Source: Candidatus Altimarinota bacterium (GTDB taxonomy: Bacteria > Patescibacteriota > Gracilibacteria > UBA4473). From it: a DNA stretch of 64,000 bases. Positions 59,006-64,000 of the stretch are shown here, in pieces; within the stretch, counting starts at the first letter, position 1; each line of letters opens with the position of its first letter. A model generated the notes under the pieces. That model saw only the letters and a list, made by a program, of their open reading frames with translations. It was not told the DNA's origin and did no database searches. Both the position numbers and the translations under genes were made by a program. The stretch is taken from the NCBI GenBank assembly GCA_965231215.1, contig OZ246423.1, positions 864,001 through 928,000 of the forward strand. The letters run 5' to 3'.

Positions 59006-60127
59006 ATGGACTATAAAAAAGCTTCGGTTTTAGCGCGCCAAGAGACAGGAGGACAGATTGAAACGGGTTTAAAAGCCTCACTGGATACGCAGGATGATTT
59101 GGCGACTTTTTACAGTCCTGGGATTGCAGGACCCTGTATGGTTATTGCCGATGATGTTACCCAATCAAAGAAATTAACTATCAGAAAAAATACCGTTGCG
59201 GTTATCTCAGATGGGAGTGCTGTTTTGGGGCTTGGGAACATAGGGCCAGAAGCGGCTTTACCCGTTATGGAAGGAAAGAGTATGCTGCTCAAACACTTTG
59301 GAGGGGTAGATGGATTTCCCATTGTATTGAAGACTCAAGACACAGAAGAAATTATAGAAACGGTTAAAACAATAGCGCCCACTTTTGGGGGGATTAACCT
59401 AGAAGATATAGCAGCGCCTCGTTGTTTTGAAATTGAACAGCGCTTGATCGAAGCCCTAGATATTCCTGTATTTCATGATGATCAACATGGAACCGCTATC
59501 TGTACACTCGCGGCTCTAATCAATGCCCTGAAAGTAGTTGGAAAATCGAAGGAAAATATTCGTGTGGTTATTGCTGGGGCAGGGGCGGCTGGAATTGCGA
59601 CGGCCAAATTGCTTCGCTCTTGGGGAGTAAAAAATCTAGATTTGGTAGATTCTCAAGGGGTTATTGATTGTCGTCGAGAAGGCCTGAATGAAACAAAAAA
59701 AGAATTTTGTAGCTTTAAAACTGGGGATCTGGCTTCAATGCTGATCAAGGCGGATGTATTTATTGGCGTTTCAAAAGCGAATATTTTAACACCAGAAATG
59801 GTCCAATCAATGAACGCTGATCCTATTGTTTTTGCCCTGGCCAATCCCGATCCAGAAATGCCTCCAGATTTGGCTGAAGAAGCCGGAGTTGCGATAATGG
59901 CAACGGGGCGTTCTGATTATCCGAATCAGATTAATAATGTACTTGTTTTTCCTGGATTATTTAGAGGATTATTGGATGCCGGAATTAATAAAGTAGATGA
60001 AAAAATGAAGCTGAAAGCGGCTATCGCTTTAGCGGGCTTGGTTCCTAATCCAAATCCTGGGAAAATCATCCCACAACCATTTGAAGATGGCATTGCTCAA
60101 ACCGTTGCTCAAGCCGTTGGGACCTAA
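59006..60127 (+). CDS. NAD(P)-dependent malic enzyme (short type)
   Basis: YSPG, DGSAVLGLGNIG, PVMEGK, NLEDI, FHDDQHGT, GAGAAG, TGRSDYPNQINN. Confidence 0.95.
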   Translation: MDYKKASVLARQETGGQIETGLKASLDTQDDLATFYSPGIAGPCMVIADDVTQSKKLTIRKNTVAVISDGSAVLGLGNIGPEAALPVMEGKSMLLKHFGGVDGFPIVLKTQDTEEIIETVKTIAPTFGGINLEDIAAPRCFEIEQRLIEALDIPVFHDDQHGTAICTLAALINALKVVGKSKENIRVVIAGAGAAGIATAKLLRSWGVKNLDLVDSQGVIDCRREGLNETKKEFCSFKTGDLASMLIKADVFIGVSKANILTPEMVQSMNADPIVFALANPDPEMPPDLAEEAGVAIMATGRSDYPNQINNVLVFPGLFRGLLDAGINKVDEKMKLKAAIALAGLVPNPNPGKIIPQPFEDGIAQTVAQAVGT

Positions 60128-60226
60128 GTGTAGAGGTTTCATATTTGTCTTTTTGATTCCTATACTTAGAATCAAAAAAGTAGATGTTGGAGACCCAAAA
60201 AATTAAAAACTAAATTAGAAAATTTT

Positions 60227-61636
60227 ATGCCACACTATCAACGAAATATACGATTTATTTTCTTTCTTATACTTCCTATATTGGGATTTTTACTTGGGTG
60301 GAGTTTGAGCCAAAAAAATGCAGCCACAGAGAGTGAAACCCAAATTTCAGAAGTGGCAGAATCTATGGATGAAGCCAATAGCCGAAGCGTTTTGAAATCT
60401 AAGCCAGCGCTTTTTCGCAAGACCGATCCAAAAGATGTAAACTTGGATATTTTTTGGGAAGTATGGCATTTGATGGAAGGCAATTATTTGAACCCAGAAA
60501 ATCTAGAAACCAAAGAACAAGTTTATGGAGCCACGAAAGGACTTGTAGACTCTTTGGATGATCCGTACAGCGTATTTATGACTCCAGATGAAATGGCTGA
60601 ATTTGAAGAGTCTATGTCTGGCGAATTCCAAGGGATTGGAGCTGAAATTGATAAACGTGATAACCAAATCGTAGTCGTGAGTCCGCTCAAAGGAAGCCCG
60701 GCTGAATCTGCCGGTCTCAAAACGAGAGATATTATTTTCAAAGTGAATGATGAACCTACCTTTGGAATGTCTATTGAGGAAGTCGTCACTAAAATTCGAG
60801 GCCCAAAAGGAGAAAAAGTGGTACTCACCATTATCCGAAAAGAGGAAAGAAAACCAATAGAAATTTCGATAGTTCGGGACAACATCATTCTGCCAACATT
60901 GGAATGGAAAATGGAAGACGGAGACATAGCGCATGTTGCTATGTATCAGTTTGGAAACAATGCGGTTAAAGACTTCAAAAAAGCCGTTCCAGAAATTTTA
61001 CTGAAGTCCCCCAAAGGAATCATTATGGATTTCCGCGGCAATGGGGGAGGGCTTTTGGATGCTTGTATAAAAATTCTTTCGGAATTTATAGATAACCAGG
61101 TAGTGGTAAAAACCAAAGGCCGTAAATTTGGAGACACAGGAGATCTTGTGAGTGCTCGTGATGGGGCTTTCTTGGATGTGCCACTTGTGGTTTTAGTAAA
61201 TGAAGGGTCAGCCAGTGCTTCTGAAATTTTTGCAGGCGCTATTCAAGATCACGAGAGAGGGGTCATCCTTGGGCGAAAAACATTTGGGAAGGGGTCAGTA
61301 CAAAATGTAATACCACTCTCAAATGGATCAAGTCTAAAAGTCACAGTAGCCGAATGGCTTACGCCAGACGGGCGGTCTATTCATAAAAATGGAATTACTC
61401 CAGATGAAATAGTTGAAGATGAAGTAGATCCAGAAACTGAATTTGATCCAATGCTTGAGAGAGCGCTTCAGCTCATAGGCACCGAAGAAGCGCTAGAGCT
61501 TATAGCTCAAGAGTCTGAAGCCATAGAAGAAGATACAGGTGAAGTAGCGGAAAAAGTTGAAAATTCGGAGAACAATGATAATACTGAAGATCCAGAACAA
61601 ACCACCGACAAAACTTCAGATGAAGACACTCAATAA
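60227..61636 (+). CDS. ctpA: carboxy-terminal processing protease (S41, PDZ)
   Basis: N-terminal TM, DPYS, GIGA, D.RGNGGG, SASASEI, TFGKGSVQ. Confidence 0.92.
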   Translation: MPHYQRNIRFIFFLILPILGFLLGWSLSQKNAATESETQISEVAESMDEANSRSVLKSKPALFRKTDPKDVNLDIFWEVWHLMEGNYLNPENLETKEQVYGATKGLVDSLDDPYSVFMTPDEMAEFEESMSGEFQGIGAEIDKRDNQIVVVSPLKGSPAESAGLKTRDIIFKVNDEPTFGMSIEEVVTKIRGPKGEKVVLTIIRKEERKPIEISIVRDNIILPTLEWKMEDGDIAHVAMYQFGNNAVKDFKKAVPEILLKSPKGIIMDFRGNGGGLLDACIKILSEFIDNQVVVKTKGRKFGDTGDLVSARDGAFLDVPLVVLVNEGSASASEIFAGAIQDHERGVILGRKTFGKGSVQNVIPLSNGSSLKVTVAEWLTPDGRSIHKNGITPDEIVEDEVDPETEFDPMLERALQLIGTEEALELIAQESEAIEEDTGEVAEKVENSENNDNTEDPEQTTDKTSDEDTQ

Positions 61637-62906
61637 ATTTACATTCTTGATTCTAACCTGCCTATTTACGCTTAGTGCCGGAGCTCAAGAGGTTTCAAAA
61701 TCTGTACCAGGTAATATTCGTTTACTGTTTGGTGATCGAGTTTTAACCCTCAATTTTAAAGCTCATCCAGAATTATTGGTGCAGAGCCCCAAACATTTTT
61801 TTAGGTTTAATGATCAACGGATTCCTCTAGATTTAGACCAAAATTTACCATTTGCCTCAAGCATTCCGCTGGAGACAGAGTTTGTAACCGAGATTGCGCC
61901 TAAATCGTTGGAAAAGTACTTTCAAACCACTTCTATTTTAGGGAACAAAAATCAGAAAAATATGATTGAAATTACTCAAAATAAAAACGGGTATATCAAT
62001 ATTTCTGGACGTCCAACTTCTGGGAATTTTTCTGTAGACATGGATCGGCTAGTAGAACTCATTAATACCGCTATTTTAGAGCAAAATAAATTTGTGAGAG
62101 TCCCCGCTAAAAAGGTGTATGCAGAGGTAGTTGCGGATCAAGATTTAGCCAAAAAAGGAATCCGAGAAATTGTCGCTATTGGGAAATCCAATTTTGAAGG
62201 TTCTTCAGATGCTCGTATTCAAAATATTTTAGCTGGCGCGAGAAAATTTGATGGAACCTTGATTAAGCGCGGAGGTACTTTTTCATTCAACCATATTTTG
62301 AAATCAGTCGAAGAAAAAGATGGGTTTGTCAAAGAATTGGTCATTAAAGGAAACGATACAGAAAAAGAACTAGGAGGAGGGGTATGTCAGGTATCTACAA
62401 CGGTTTTTCGAGCCGCATTTTCAGCCGGTTTGCCCATCGTAGAGAGGCGAAACCATTCTTATGCAGTGCCCTATTACAAGCCTCATGGTCTAGATGCGAC
62501 GATCTATTTAGGTGGGCAAGACTTCCGATTTAAAAACGACACTCCTGGAGATTTATTAGTACAGTCATTCGCGCAAGGCAATGATCTTTATTTTGTGTTT
62601 TATGGAACCCGGGATGACAGAAGTGTGGCCTTTGAGGGGCCATTTATTTCTGAATATAGAAAGGCTCCAGAGCCAGACATTATTGAAACAGTTGAACTGC
62701 CAGAAGGAGAACTAGTAGAGGCTAGTAGCGCTCATGATGGATTCAGAGCTGAATGGGTAAGACGTATCAGAAAAGATGGAGAAAAGACAGAAGAATCCTG
62801 GGCTTCAACGTATCGTCCTTGGGCAGCCAAAATTTTGAGAGGAACCGGGCCAGAAGCAGTCGCTGAAGACCATTTATCATTGCCGCAGGAAATTGCCTCT
62901 GAGTAA
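61620..62906 (+). CDS. VanW family protein
   Basis: signal peptide from ATG 61620; FSFN, GGGVCQVSTT, ER.NHS, G.DAT, DFRFKN. Confidence 0.9.
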   Translation: MKTLNKFTFLILTCLFTLSAGAQEVSKSVPGNIRLLFGDRVLTLNFKAHPELLVQSPKHFFRFNDQRIPLDLDQNLPFASSIPLETEFVTEIAPKSLEKYFQTTSILGNKNQKNMIEITQNKNGYINISGRPTSGNFSVDMDRLVELINTAILEQNKFVRVPAKKVYAEVVADQDLAKKGIREIVAIGKSNFEGSSDARIQNILAGARKFDGTLIKRGGTFSFNHILKSVEEKDGFVKELVIKGNDTEKELGGGVCQVSTTVFRAAFSAGLPIVERRNHSYAVPYYKPHGLDATIYLGGQDFRFKNDTPGDLLVQSFAQGNDLYFVFYGTRDDRSVAFEGPFISEYRKAPEPDIIETVELPEGELVEASSAHDGFRAEWVRRIRKDGEKTEESWASTYRPWAAKILRGTGPEAVAEDHLSLPQEIASE

Positions 62907-62956
62907 AGGCTATCAGGCTTTACATTTCTTCTGGTTTACCGGAAAATACCAGTAAT

Positions 62957-64000
62957 ATGCGGTTTTTGTGGTTTTTTGCTTTTTTTGCTTCTTTTTGCCT
63001 AAGTGGTTTGGCCTTAGCTCAAACGACTTCGTTAAAAATAGTACAGCCTGAAAATATTCGCAGAGTTCCTACTTTAGAAGTACAACCACTTCAAATTTTG
63101 TTAAAAAAACCACATCCAGATATCCCTCTATCTGGAGAAATTTTAGCTCGAAAGCCTTTGAAAGCGAAAGGTATACAGTTTTCTTTGTACAATGATCAAG
63201 GGGCTAAAGTGTGGGAAGATGAGCTAAACTTAGAATATAAAATTTCTAAAATTATTGCGTTTTACTATTCAGACTTAGAGGTGTTTGGCGAATTGACCTT
63301 GAGTGTGAAAGCCTATGATGAATTTTCTAATACTATTGGAGCTGGAGAGCGGAAGATAGTGTTTCCAAAAGGAACCAAAAAGCCAGAAATTTTACACGCT
63401 GATAGTTACCTCTCTGAAGATCGTAAATTACAGTTTTCGCTGTTTGTACAAAACGGAGCCTTTGATCAGATATTATTTCCTCAGGTAAAGGTTTATAGTC
63501 AGGCTATCAATGATGAAAATTTGGTCATTAGCTATGACGCTACTCCTCTGCGTTTGCGCCCAGAACAAAAGCAAAAGATAGAGTTTGCCCTAGAAGAATT
63601 TTTGGCACCAGGAGTCTACGCTACAGAAGTAGGGTTAATAGATTTTAGGACTCAAAAACAAATTTCAGGCCTGCGTACTGACCAAATTTTTAATGATGGG
63701 GATTATTTAAAAATACTCAGCTTTGATAGCTTTGTGGACGAAGAAAATCCACAAAAAGCCGAAGTCAAACTCTTTGGCCTGGCGGTTATTCCAGATGAAG
63801 TCACACTTATGGCCAAAGTGGTGATTAACGTAAAAGGGGAAGTTTTATTTGATAAAACGATTCCCGTTCCCTTGGAGCAGGGATATTTTTCTCAAAATTT
63901 AAAGTTGGATTTTCCAAAACCAATTGATGGTTTTGATGGCACCTTACAGTTTTTCATGGGAAATGAGTTGTTACTTAACAAAGATTTTTCAGTTAATGGA
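62957..64000 (+). CDS. secreted hypothetical protein (truncated by window end)
   Basis: ATG 62957, MRFLWFFAFFASFCLSGLALAQ signal peptide; frame appears open to the window edge. Confidence 0.7.
   Translation, partial: MRFLWFFAFFASFCLSGLALAQTTSLKIVQPENIRRVPTLEVQPLQILLKKPHPDIPLSGEILARKPLKAKGIQFSLYNDQGAKVWEDELNLEYKISKIIAFYYSDLEVFGELTLSVKAYDEFSNTIGAGERKIVFPKGTKKPEILHADSYLSEDRKLQFSLFVQNGAFDQILFPQVKVYSQAINDENLVISYDATPLRLRPEQKQKIEFALEEFLAPGVYATEVGLIDFRTQKQISGLRTDQIFNDGDYLKILSFDSFVDEENPQKAEVKLFGLAVIPDEVTLMAKVVINVKGEVLFDKTIPVPLEQGYFSQNLKLDFPKPIDGFDGTLQFFMGNELLLNKDFSVNG

Noticed and set aside
1-64000. Genetic code 25 (TGA=Gly) as in some Gracilibacteria
   Set aside because: Core genes are full length under code 11, and TGA ends ORFs in ATGA overlaps (16513, 47976)

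Overview
64 kb of a bacterial chromosome that looks like Patescibacteria/CPR. This is an inference from the missing rpmD in the spc cluster, AT-rich starts with almost no Shine-Dalgarno motifs, aaRS fusions and in-frame palindromic elements. TGA acts as a stop, so the code is 11 rather than 25. The window is mostly housekeeping: dusB, lysS, ribosomal protein genes, tuf, a Xer recombinase, fbp, guaA, ribD/ribE, PBP1A, a MacAB-like ABC system, rpe, yidD, rseP, rplY, malic enzyme, ctpA and vanW. Main findings: (1) A 12 kb array (46.7-58.9 kb) of three signal-peptide-bearing, tail-fibre-like mosaic adhesins plus an RCC1 protein. Their modules are bounded by DNA-conserved junctions, and near-identical 253 bp and ~670 bp blocks are shared between genes, which suggests a module-shuffling diversification system. 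(2) The S10 operon is split between rpsC and rplP into convergent halves. Each half has its own TTGACA-16bp promoter, and there are three candidate structured r-protein leader RNAs. (3) Two palindromic repeat families are each present both intergenically and in frame inside lysS or guaA. (4) LysRS is fused to DUF2000-like and HD domains. (5) An operon encodes putative SH3-bearing peptidoglycan hydrolases that lack signal peptides. No rRNA, tRNA, CRISPR array or transposase was recognised.
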